DNA from: an archaeon
Lineage (GTDB): Archaea; Iainarchaeota; Iainarchaeia; Iainarchaeales; 1-14-0-10-31-34
Length of the DNA stretch: 14,990 nucleotides
Direction: 5' to 3'
Assembly: GCA_043819075.1 (NCBI GenBank)
Contig: JBDRFE010000068.1
Coordinates: 1 to 14,990 of the forward strand
In this document: positions 1-7,954 of the stretch, in pieces
Numbering within the stretch: the stretch's first letter is position 1
Layout: each line of letters starts with the position of its first letter
The notes under the pieces: model-generated
The model's database searches: none
The model's input: the letters and a program-made list of their open reading frames with translations, nothing else
What the model was told of the DNA's origin: nothing
Program-made: the position numbers and the translations under genes

Positions 1-1
1 C

Positions 2-589
2 AAAAAAGAAGAAACAAAAGCAAAGGAAAAAAAACCTGCAAAAAAAGAAGCTAAAGAAAACAAAAAAGAACCAGAAAAACCGTCGTTTGAAAAAAAACAC
101 ACTGCTAAAACAGAAAAAGAAAAAAAAGAAGACAAAAAAGATTCAAAAGAAAAAAAGCCTGTTGAACAGAAGCCAAAAGAAAAAAAGAAGCCAAAAGCAG
201 TGAACAAAATACAGAAAACAAAAGAACAGAAAAAACTGCAGGAAAAAATAAAGAAAAAACATGTTCCAACAATAAGAGGGCATTTCGGAAAAGCATGGCT
301 GAGAAGGGCATCAATGGAAAAATGGCAGAAATGGAGAAAACCAAGAGGAATAGATTTCCTGTTAAAAAAAGAAAACTGTGAAAAGCCAAAAATGGGGTAC
401 AGAACATCAAAAGATATAAGGAATCTGCACCCGTCAGGACTGCAAGAAGTTTATGTAAGGAATTTAAGCGAATTAAAAGCAATCAAAGAAAAAAATGTTG
501 TGGTAAGAGTTAGTGCAACAATAGGGAAAAAAACAAAAAAAGAAATGCTGAAAACAGCAAAAGAAATGAATTTAAGGATATTAAATTAA
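2..589 (+). CDS. rpl32e: 50S ribosomal protein L32e (eL32), 5'-partial, with a long Lys/Glu-rich N-terminal extension
   Basis: The frame is open from position 2 (KKEETKAKEKKP...) through the GTG at 200 to TAA at 589. The C-terminal domain has eL32 motifs (KWRKPRGID, PKMGYR, RNLHPSG, RILN). It precedes rpl19e, as in archaeal spc operons. Confidence 0.93.
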   Translation, partial: KKEETKAKEKKPAKKEAKENKKEPEKPSFEKKHTAKTEKEKKEDKKDSKEKKPVEQKPKEKKKPKAVNKIQKTKEQKKLQEKIKKKHVPTIRGHFGKAWLRRASMEKWQKWRKPRGIDFLLKKENCEKPKMGYRTSKDIRNLHPSGLQEVYVRNLSELKAIKEKNVVVRVSATIGKKTKKEMLKTAKEMNLRILN

Positions 590-599
590 AGTGATGGAA

Positions 600-1040
600 A
601 TGCAGCTGAACAAAATAAGAAGAATGGCTTCAGGAATACTGAAAACAGGGAAAACAAAAATAGTTTTCTCTGAAAAAGACCTTTCAAGAATAGCTGAAAG
701 CATGACAAAAGAAGATGTCAGGCAGCTAATAAAAGAAGGAATAGTGAAAAAAAGAAAAGACAATTACCAGAGCAGGGCAAGAGCAAGAAAACTCAACGAA
801 AAAAAAGTCAAAGGAAGGAAAAGAGGGAAAGGAAAAAGAAAAGGGACAAAAAAAGCAAGGACAAACAAGAAAAAAACATGGATTAAAAAAATGAGGGTGC
901 AGAGAAGAACCCTAAAAGAATTAAAGAAAAAAATAAAAATGCAGAAAGGCGAATACGGAAAGATTTACAAAATGATTAAAGGAAATTATTTCAAGGGAAA
1001 AAAATACATTGAAGCAATGGTAAAAGGTGATAAAAAGTGA
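600..1040 (+). CDS. rpl19e: 50S ribosomal protein L19e (eL19)
   Basis: Motifs RRMASGILKTG, TKEDVRQLIKEG, SRARAR, GRKRGKGKRKG, WIKKMRVQRR, KGNYF. Alternative starts are GTG 591 and ATG 594; ATG 600 matches the usual N-terminus best. Confidence 0.95.
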   Translation: MQLNKIRRMASGILKTGKTKIVFSEKDLSRIAESMTKEDVRQLIKEGIVKKRKDNYQSRARARKLNEKKVKGRKRGKGKRKGTKKARTNKKKTWIKKMRVQRRTLKELKKKIKMQKGEYGKIYKMIKGNYFKGKKYIEAMVKGDKK

Positions 1041-1615
1041 GCCATAAATCAACTTTTGAAGTAAAGTTCAGGAGAAGAAAGGAAAACACTGACTACAAGA
1101 AAAGGCTTGCTTTGCTTAAAGGAAACAAGCCAAGGCTTGTTGCAAGGAAAAGCAACAAAAAAATCACAGTTCAGTTAATTGAATACAGGAAAGAAGGAGA
1201 CAAAGTTATTGCAGACACAAACTCAAATGAATTAAAAAAATTTGGATGGAAACTTAACACAAAAAATGTTCCTGCAGCATACTTAACAGGGTTTTTATGC
1301 GCGTTAAAAGGAAAAAACACAAAAGAAGCAGTCCTTGACATCGGAAGGAACACCCCGGTTAAAGGGTCAATAGTGTTTGCTGCATTAAAAGGAGCAGTTG
1401 ATGCTGGATTAAAAATTCCGTTCGAGGCAAAAGCTTTCCCAAAAGAAGACAAAATAAACTGCAGGGAGCTCGAAAAATACCTGAATTCACTTGATGAAGA
1501 AAAATACAGGAAACAATTCGCTGAATACGCAAAAAAAGGAATAGACAAAAACAAACTGCATGAACACTTTCAAAACACATTAGATGCAATAAAGAAAAAA
1601 AACGGTGAAAAATAA
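1037..1615 (+). CDS. rpl18: 50S ribosomal protein L18 (uL18)
   Basis: Motifs FRRRKENTDYKKRL, PRLVARKSNK, NVPAAYLTG, AVLDIG, FAALKGAVDAGL. GGTGA RBS at 1026-1030; GTG start overlaps the upstream stop. Confidence 0.96.
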   Translation: MSHKSTFEVKFRRRKENTDYKKRLALLKGNKPRLVARKSNKKITVQLIEYRKEGDKVIADTNSNELKKFGWKLNTKNVPAAYLTGFLCALKGKNTKEAVLDIGRNTPVKGSIVFAALKGAVDAGLKIPFEAKAFPKEDKINCRELEKYLNSLDEEKYRKQFAEYAKKGIDKNKLHEHFQNTLDAIKKKNGEK

Positions 1616-2289
1616 TGGCACAAAAACCAAAAAGAGAAAGAAGAGAAAGAACAGACAAAAGAGAGGAAGCTGAATGGATTCCAAAAACAGTTCTTGGAAA
1701 AAAAGTGAAAAACGGTGAAATTTCTTCAGTAAACGAGGTAATTGAATCAAAGCTTCCGTTAATCGAGCCTGAAATAATTGATTTCTTGCTGCCAGACCTT
1801 GAAGAAAAAATGGTTGACTTCAAGAAAACAACCAAAGTTAGAAGGGCTGGAAGGCAGTTCTCTTTCAGGGCAACAGTAATAATGGGTGACAAAAACCAGT
1901 TCATCGGAATTGGAACAGGAAAACACAAGGAAAAATGGCCTGCAGTAAGAAAGGCAACAAGAAGGGCAAAACTGAATTTAATTAAAGTAAGAAAAGGATG
2001 CGGTTCATGGGAATGCACCTGTGGATTAGGGCATTCAATTCCGTTCAAAGTAAAAGGAAAATCAGGTTCAATCAGAATAGAGTTGATTCCTGCACCAAAA
2101 GGAACAGGATTAGTTGTAGGAAACAACATTAAAGACGTATTTCGTTTTGTCGGAATAAAAGATGTTTGGAGCAAAACAAGAGGTTCAACCGGAACAAAAC
2201 TTAACTTTATCAGGGCAACAATTGATGCATTATCAAAAACAACTTCAATGAAGGCATCAAAAGAAATGAAAAAAAAGGTTTCAAAGTGA
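1615..2289 (+). CDS. rps5: 30S ribosomal protein S5 (uS5)
   Basis: Motifs WIPKTVLGKKV, EPEIIDFLLP, GCGSWECTC, PAPKGTGLV, GIKDVWS, NFIRAT. Confidence 0.97.
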   Translation: MAQKPKRERRERTDKREEAEWIPKTVLGKKVKNGEISSVNEVIESKLPLIEPEIIDFLLPDLEEKMVDFKKTTKVRRAGRQFSFRATVIMGDKNQFIGIGTGKHKEKWPAVRKATRRAKLNLIKVRKGCGSWECTCGLGHSIPFKVKGKSGSIRIELIPAPKGTGLVVGNNIKDVFRFVGIKDVWSKTRGSTGTKLNFIRATIDALSKTTSMKASKEMKKKVSK

Positions 2290-2294
2290 TGTGA

Positions 2295-2756
2295 ATGCTG
2301 GCAGTAATTAGAATAAGAGGAAGCATTAAAACAAAAAAGAAATTAAACGACACAATGGAAATGCTCAGGCTGTTCAGGGTAAACCACATGGTTTTAGTGC
2401 CTGAAGACAAACAAAACAGGAAAATGATTGAAAAAGTAAAAGACTTTGTTACTTTCGGAGAAATAGAAGCCAAGACATTTGAAAGAGTGCTGAACAAAAG
2501 AGCGTTAATTGCAGGAAACATAAAAATTTCACTTGAATTCCTGAAAGAAAAAAAAATCAACTCAGTCCAGGAACTTGCAGAAAAAATACTTTCAGGGAAA
2601 ACAAAATTAAGTGAATTAGGCATAAAACCTGTTTTCAGATTAAAGCCTCCGAGAAAAGGATTTGAAAGACAGGGAATAAAAAAACCTTTTTCTTTGGGCG
2701 GGGCATTAGGCTACAGGGCAACACAAATAAATGAATTAATTAACAGGATGGTTTAA
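2295..2756 (+). CDS. rpl30: 50S ribosomal protein L30 (uL30)
   Basis: Motifs MLAVIRIRG, TMEMLRL, VKDFVTFGE, FRLKPPRKGF, GALGYR, INELINRM. Confidence 0.96.
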   Translation: MLAVIRIRGSIKTKKKLNDTMEMLRLFRVNHMVLVPEDKQNRKMIEKVKDFVTFGEIEAKTFERVLNKRALIAGNIKISLEFLKEKKINSVQELAEKILSGKTKLSELGIKPVFRLKPPRKGFERQGIKKPFSLGGALGYRATQINELINRMV

Positions 2757-2768
2757 GGGTGTGAAGGA

Positions 2769-3182
2769 ATGACTGTAAGAAGAGGCAAAAAAACAGACAA
2801 GCTCAGAGGCCAGAGGCACCACGGAAAAGGAAACACAAAAAACAGGAGAGGCGCAGGAACAAGAGGCGGAAGAGGAAAAGCAGGAAGCCATAAACACAAA
2901 TTCAGCAAATACTATGTTGACTTCGGGGTAAAGATAAGGCTGAAGCCAAAAGAAAAAGGCGATACAGTGAATTTAATTGATTTAGAAGATTATTTGAACA
3001 AAAAACTTGAAAAAAAATTAGTGGAAAAAAATGCAGGGATTTTTACTGTAGACGGAAAAAAATGCGGTTTATTCAAAATACTTGGAAGAGGAAACACTGC
3101 AATAAAAATTGAGGCAGTGAATGTACAGGCAACAAAAGAAGCAAAAGAAAAAATTGAATCACTCGGGGGAAAAATACAATGA
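2769..3182 (+). CDS. rpl15: 50S ribosomal protein L15 (uL15)
   Basis: Motifs KLRGQRHHGKG, RGAGTRGGRGKAG, KHK, KILGRG, AKEKIESLGG. Located immediately before secY. Confidence 0.95.
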   Translation: MTVRRGKKTDKLRGQRHHGKGNTKNRRGAGTRGGRGKAGSHKHKFSKYYVDFGVKIRLKPKEKGDTVNLIDLEDYLNKKLEKKLVEKNAGIFTVDGKKCGLFKILGRGNTAIKIEAVNVQATKEAKEKIESLGGKIQ

Positions 3183-4567
3183 GTGTATTAGACATTCTTG
3201 AACCAATATACAAAAAGCTTCCAGAAGTAAAAGCACCAGAAGTTGCCCCTCCGCTGAAGAAAAGGCTTATTTGGAGTGGACTGGCATTAATACTGTTTTT
3301 TGTGTTAGGGCACATTACTGTACTTGGATTAAGTGCTTCATCTGAAGGAGCATTAACAAATTTACAGGTAATTCTTGCATCAAAAATAGGCTCTTTAGTT
3401 ACAGCAGGAATTGGACCGGTTGTGCTGGCATCAATTATCTTGCAGTTATTGGTTGGAGGAAAAATAATCAACATTGATTTAACCAATCCAAAAGACAAAG
3501 CAAGATTTTCCGGCTTGCAAAAACTTTTTGCAATAATTTTATGCTTTTTTGAAGCAGGAGTTTTCGCTGTATCAGGAATGCTTGTGCCAAACCAAGGAAT
3601 GCTTGTTCCGGTAATACTCCAGGTAGCGTTAGGCTCAATTATTCTTCTTTACTTGGATGAAGTTGTATCAAAATACGGAATTGGCTCTGGAATAGGATTA
3701 TTTATTGCGGGAGGGGTATCAGAAACAATTTTCTGGAGAATCTTCGGCCCAGTAACACCTGAAACACTGATTGCACCAGGAATTTTATGGCAGTTCATTG
3801 AATCACTTTCAACTGGAGTGGATTTCCTGATTTTACTGCCCATAATTTCAACTTTAATTGTCTTTTTTGTTGTTGTTTACGCAGAAGGAATGCACGTAAA
3901 TATTCCGATTACAATGGGAAGAAAAGGCACTGGAGGAAGGTTTCCGGTAAAACTGCTTTATGTTTCAAACATTCCGGTAATTCTTGCAGTAGCATTGTTT
4001 GCAAACATCCAGTTATGGTCAATGATTGTGCCTGACTGGGCAATAGATATTCCAGACATAACAATTCCATTAATTAATTTTTCAATACTTGAAATAGGCT
4101 TAAAATCATTTCTGCAAGGAATAGCAGACCTTGTTACAGCACCATATGGCTTAATTATCACCATGGCATACGGAGGATTTAATTTAGGCTTGCTGTTGCA
4201 TGGAATAGCTTATTTAATAATTCTTGTAGGAGTATGCGTTGTTTTTGGGAAGTTTTGGGTTGACATGGGAGGCCAGGGGCCAGAAGCAGTAAGCAATCAA
4301 TTAAGCAATTCAGGAATGTATATTCCTGGCTTCAGAAGAGACCCAAGAATAATAAGAGGCATACTGAACAGGTATATTCCGCCAATCACAATTCTTGGCT
4401 CAGCTTTTGTTGGGCTGCTCGCAGGATTAGCTGACTTCACTTCAGCTTTAGGCTCTGGAACAGGAATTTTATTGACAGTAGGAATAGTTTACAGATTATA
4501 TGAAGAATTAGCAAAACAACAGTTAATGGAAACAAACCCTTTAATGAAAAAATTATTCGGAGGATGA
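3179..4567 (+). CDS. secY: Preprotein translocase subunit SecY (Sec61alpha)
   Basis: 462-aa polytopic membrane protein with GIGPVVLASIILQLL, DEVVSKYGIGSGIGLFI, KLLYVSNIPVIL, IPGFRRDPR and GSGTGILLTVGI. Confidence 0.98.
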   Translation: MSVLDILEPIYKKLPEVKAPEVAPPLKKRLIWSGLALILFFVLGHITVLGLSASSEGALTNLQVILASKIGSLVTAGIGPVVLASIILQLLVGGKIINIDLTNPKDKARFSGLQKLFAIILCFFEAGVFAVSGMLVPNQGMLVPVILQVALGSIILLYLDEVVSKYGIGSGIGLFIAGGVSETIFWRIFGPVTPETLIAPGILWQFIESLSTGVDFLILLPIISTLIVFFVVVYAEGMHVNIPITMGRKGTGGRFPVKLLYVSNIPVILAVALFANIQLWSMIVPDWAIDIPDITIPLINFSILEIGLKSFLQGIADLVTAPYGLIITMAYGGFNLGLLLHGIAYLIILVGVCVVFGKFWVDMGGQGPEAVSNQLSNSGMYIPGFRRDPRIIRGILNRYIPPITILGSAFVGLLAGLADFTSALGSGTGILLTVGIVYRLYEELAKQQLMETNPLMKKLFGG

Positions 4568-4621
4568 AAAAAGGTTTAAAACAATGATGTTAAACAAAAT
4601 AATACGCATTAAACCTTTTTT
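4567..4621. repeat. 13-bp inverted repeat between secY and DUF106
   Basis: AAAAAAGGTTTAA (4567-4579) and TTAAACCTTTTTT (4609-4621), separated by 29 nt. Confidence 0.7.
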
Positions 4622-4647
4622 TAGTTGATTTAAGGAATTGATTGTTT

Positions 4648-5091
4648 ATGGTTGTATTCAGTGCAGTAATAGACATAGTGTTGTTCGCGATAGTCGTCGG
4701 AATAATCTCACAGGCATTACAGAGAAAATTAATGGACAAAAAAGCGCAGAAAGCAAAACAAGAAGCAATGAAAGAAAAACAGAAAAAATTAAAAGAATTA
4801 ATGAAAAACCAGGACGAGAAATCAAAAAAAGAGGCTGAAAGGCTGAACATGGAATTAATGTCAGACATGAAAGAAATGTTCAAAGGAATGCAAAAATTTA
4901 TGATTGCATCATTTATAGTGATAATACCGATATTTTACCTTGGAGTAAGCGCTTACGTAAAAGAAACATTTGTTGTATTCGGATGGACTGTACCGCACTT
5001 CATTTTCCCGCCATACATTGTGTGGTATATTATTTCAAGCATTGCATTCAGCCTAGTGTTTAACGCAGCAATGAAAGTAATTGAAAAGTGA
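4648..5091 (+). CDS. DUF106 / EMC3-TMCO1 (Oxa1/YidC superfamily) membrane protein
   Basis: N-terminal TM segment, a charged Met-rich coiled coil, then two TM segments ending in a WYIISS motif. Conserved position between secY and rpl34e. An in-frame TTG at 4642 is an alternative start. Confidence 0.85.
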   Translation: MVVFSAVIDIVLFAIVVGIISQALQRKLMDKKAQKAKQEAMKEKQKKLKELMKNQDEKSKKEAERLNMELMSDMKEMFKGMQKFMIASFIVIIPIFYLGVSAYVKETFVVFGWTVPHFIFPPYIVWYIISSIAFSLVFNAAMKVIEK

Positions 5092-5107
5092 TTTTTTATG
5101 ACAAAAC

Positions 5108-5213
5108 AAACCTTTTTAGAAAAAAGCTTTACCAAAAACGTTTTCACTAAAGTGAAAACAGGCTTCTTTTCTTTGGGCAACCTACACTTTCTTTTCTTAG
5201 CAAGAAAAGAAAG
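5108..5213 (+). repeat. Hairpin cluster including a diverged copy of the palindromic repeat (DUF106-rpl34e spacer)
   Basis: AAACCTTTTT-AGA-AAAAAGCTTT ACCAAAAAC (5108-5139); GTTTTCACT-AA-AGTGAAAAC (5140-5159); perfect 12-bp stem CTTTCTTTTCTT-AGC-AAGAAAAGAAAG (5187-5213). Confidence 0.75.
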
Positions 5214-5228
5214 GGCGGAGTGATTTTT

Positions 5229-5570
5229 ATGACAAAGCCAAGCGACAAATCAAGGAAAAAAAAATTCAGAAGAAGCGTGAAAGGAAGAAGCAAACCATAT
5301 TATACCAAAGGAAAAAACGCAAGACACAAATGCGCTTTATGCAGTAAAGTGCTTCAAGGCACACCGCACTCAAAAACAACAGGCGAAATCACAAAACTAA
5401 GCAAGACACAGAAAAGGCCTTCAGTTCCGTTCGGAGGAGTATTATGCTCTGAATGCAGGACAAAAGTAATTGACGAAGCAGTGAAAGTTGTTTCAAAAGA
5501 AAAAAAAGAAGAAGACCTTGAATTAAAATCAAAAAATTACGTAAAACAGATGATTGAGAGGATAAAATGA
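5229..5570 (+). CDS. rpl34e: 50S ribosomal protein L34e (eL34)
   Basis: Zn-finger CALC ... SKTQKRPSVPFGGVLCSEC. GGAGTGA RBS at 5217-5223 favours ATG 5229 over GTG 5220. Confidence 0.93.
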   Translation: MTKPSDKSRKKKFRRSVKGRSKPYYTKGKNARHKCALCSKVLQGTPHSKTTGEITKLSKTQKRPSVPFGGVLCSECRTKVIDEAVKVVSKEKKEEDLELKSKNYVKQMIERIK

Positions 5571-6082
5571 TTATAACAATTACAAGCTATCCTGGAACAG
5601 AAACAAAAGAATTAAGCAAGCTGCTTGCATTACAGACAGGATTAAGGTATTTTTCAGCAAACGAAATAAAAAAAAGGATTGCAGTTGAAACAAACCTGCC
5701 AATAGAAAAAATACAAGAAGAAGACTTTACAGAAAAAATAAAACAAATAATAGAACAAGAAGCAAAAAATAATGACATAATAATTGACCATACATTAGCA
5801 GCATGGATAATAAATAACGCAGACTTAAAAGTTTTTTTAAAAGCATACAAGAAAACAAGGGCAAAAAAAATGTCAGAAAAACTAAAGATTCCAATGGGAG
5901 ACTCTCTTGAAGACATTGAATTAAAAGAAAAAGAACAGGAAAAAAATTTCCTGAACAACTATGGAATAAACATTTATGACCTGCAAGTATATGACTTGAT
6001 GATAAACACAGACAAGCTAGACGAAGAAAGTGTCATTGGAATAATAAAAAAATACTTGGAAAAAATGCACAAGGGGCAGTGA
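5567..6082 (+). CDS. cmk: Cytidylate kinase family protein (archaeal Cmk-like) with a degenerate Walker A motif
   Basis: Starts MIITIT and contains LAAW, ADLKVFLKA and YGINIYDLQVYDLMINTD. Syntenic between rpl34e and rpl14e. The P-loop reads SYPGTETKE. Confidence 0.8.
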   Translation: MIITITSYPGTETKELSKLLALQTGLRYFSANEIKKRIAVETNLPIEKIQEEDFTEKIKQIIEQEAKNNDIIIDHTLAAWIINNADLKVFLKAYKKTRAKKMSEKLKIPMGDSLEDIELKEKEQEKNFLNNYGINIYDLQVYDLMINTDKLDEESVIGIIKKYLEKMHKGQ

Positions 6083-6084
6083 AC

Positions 6085-6261
6085 ATGGCTTTAATTGAAC
6101 CAGGAAGAGTATGCATTAAAAGAAAAGGAAGAGAAGCAGGAAAAAAAGTAGTTGTAACATCAGTCAAAGGAAATTATGCTTTCATTGAAGGAACAGGAGT
6201 AAAAAAAAGAAGATGCAATATAACTCACTTGTATCCGACAGCAGAAAAGAAAAAGGTGTAA
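6085..6261 (+). CDS. rpl14e: 50S ribosomal protein L14e (eL14), short KOW form
   Basis: IEPGRVCIKRKGREAGKKVVV and GVKKRRCNITHLYPT. 58 aa from ATG 6085; GTG 6079 is an alternative start. Confidence 0.92.
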   Translation: MALIEPGRVCIKRKGREAGKKVVVTSVKGNYAFIEGTGVKKRRCNITHLYPTAEKKKV

Positions 6262-6265
6262 CTGA

Positions 6266-6733
6266 ATGCCAGAACTAAGATTAATTGTAAGAATAGCAAC
6301 AAAAGACTTAAACGGGAAATCACCGATACCAAAAGCATTAATGGAATTAAGGGGAATAAGCCACAGAATGGCAAAAATAATTGCAAAAAAATTTGAAAAA
6401 GAAACAGGAATAAAATGGAATTCAAAAATAGGGGAACTCTCAGAATCAATGGACAAAAAACTTGAAGAAATAGTATTGCACCCTGAAAAATTCGGTGTTC
6501 CTTTATGGAGCCTGAACAAACAAAAAGAATACGAAACAGGCGAAGACAAACACATGATAATGGGAGACTTGGAATTCGAGATGAGAAAAAACCTGCAGAG
6601 ATTAAGCAAAATAAAAAGTTACAGGGGATTAAGATTAGGATGGGGATTAACGGTTAGAGGCCAGAAAACAAAATCAACTCACAGAGGAAAAGGGCCGGTT
6701 GTCGGAGTAATGAAAAAAGACGCAAAAAAATAG
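6266..6733 (+). CDS. rps13: 30S ribosomal protein S13 (uS13)
   Basis: Motifs IVRIATKDLNG, LRGIS, PLWSLN, ETGEDKH, IKSYRGLR, GLTVRGQKTKS. Confidence 0.97.
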   Translation: MPELRLIVRIATKDLNGKSPIPKALMELRGISHRMAKIIAKKFEKETGIKWNSKIGELSESMDKKLEEIVLHPEKFGVPLWSLNKQKEYETGEDKHMIMGDLEFEMRKNLQRLSKIKSYRGLRLGWGLTVRGQKTKSTHRGKGPVVGVMKKDAKK

Positions 6734-6742
6734 GTGAATTAA

Positions 6743-7564
6743 ATGGGTGACCCGAAAAAAACGAAAAAAAAATACATCAGGCCAAGAAAGCCATGGGATA
6801 AGACAAGACTAGATGAAGAAAGAGAAATAAAAAAAACATACGGGCTAAAAAACAAAAAAGAATTATGGGGAATTGAAGCAATGCTTAAAAACAAGAGAAA
6901 CAATGCAAGAAAACTACTTGCACTGGAACTGGAAACAAGAATCCAGAGAGAAAAAGAATTAACCGACAGCCTGAAAAAAATCGGATTAATAAAAGAAAAC
7001 GCTTCACTGGATGATGTCTTAGGATTAAAAATACAGGAACTGCTTGAAAGAAGGCTGCAGACAATAGTCTGGAGAAAAGGGCTTGCAAACACCACAAAAC
7101 AGGCAAGGCAGTTCATTGTTCACGGGCACATAGCAATAAACGGAAAAAAAATTACAACACCATCATACACTGTGAAAACAGATGAAGAAAACAAAATAGG
7201 CTACTACAAAAAAGAAATGAAAATAACACCGCCAAAACAAAAAAAAGAAGCAGAAAAACCGCTTTTTTCAGAAAAAAGCAGGTTGCCAAAAACAGACGCA
7301 AAAGAAGACGCTGAAAAAGAAGGCAAAGACAAAACAAAAAAAGAAGCAGTAAAAGAAAAGAAAACAATAAAAAAAACAGTTAAAAAAGAAACAGACACAA
7401 AAGAAATTCCAAGCAAAACCGAAGAAAAAAAAGAACACAAAAAAGAAGAAACCGAAGAAAAAAAACCTGCAAAAGAAACAAGAGTAGAAAAAATTGCAGA
7501 AACAGATGCGGAAAAAGAAACTAAAAAAGAAAGCGGCACAGCAGAAGAAGGGAAAACAAAATGA
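6743..7564 (+). CDS. rps4: 30S ribosomal protein S4 (uS4) with a roughly 110-aa Lys/Glu-rich C-terminal tail
   Basis: Motifs MGDPK, PRKPW, YGLKNKKELW, LLERRLQTIVWRKGLA, QARQFIVHGHI. GGTGA RBS at 6733-6737. Confidence 0.97.
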   Translation: MGDPKKTKKKYIRPRKPWDKTRLDEEREIKKTYGLKNKKELWGIEAMLKNKRNNARKLLALELETRIQREKELTDSLKKIGLIKENASLDDVLGLKIQELLERRLQTIVWRKGLANTTKQARQFIVHGHIAINGKKITTPSYTVKTDEENKIGYYKKEMKITPPKQKKEAEKPLFSEKSRLPKTDAKEDAEKEGKDKTKKEAVKEKKTIKKTVKKETDTKEIPSKTEEKKEHKKEETEEKKPAKETRVEKIAETDAEKETKKESGTAEEGKTK

Positions 7565-7944
7565 CTAAAAAAGGAATAATTCACATTTATGCATCACACA
7601 ACAACACAATAATTCTTTTAACAGACATTACAGGCCAAGAAACAATAGCAAAATGCTCTGGAGGGGTAGTAGTAAAAGCACAGCACAAAGAAGGCTCTCC
7701 ATATGCAGCAATGAAAGTCGCAGAAATAGTAGCAGAAAAAGCAAGAGAAAAAGGGATAACAGAAATAACAGTTAAAGTAAGAGGCCAAGGCGGAATAAGA
7801 TCAAAAAACCCTGGACAAGGAGCAGAAGCAGCAATAAGAAGCCTTACAAGAGCAGGATTAAGAATAAGGAACATTGAAAACGTAACACCACTGCCACACA
7901 ACGGATGCAGGAAAAAAAAGAGGTTCAGAGGAAAGAAAAAATAA
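7561..7944 (+). CDS. rps11: 30S ribosomal protein S11 (uS11)
   Basis: Motifs HIYASHNNTI, TDITGQET, SPYAAM, PGQGAEAAIRSL, IENVTPLPHNG. Confidence 0.97.
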   Translation: MTKKGIIHIYASHNNTIILLTDITGQETIAKCSGGVVVKAQHKEGSPYAAMKVAEIVAEKAREKGITEITVKVRGQGGIRSKNPGQGAEAAIRSLTRAGLRIRNIENVTPLPHNGCRKKKRFRGKKK

Positions 7945-7954
7945 AGGTGATTGA

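Noticed and set aside
4638..4838. 66-aa + strand ORF overlapping DUF106
   Set aside because: It is an alternative frame inside a syntenically expected gene and has no recognisable motifs.
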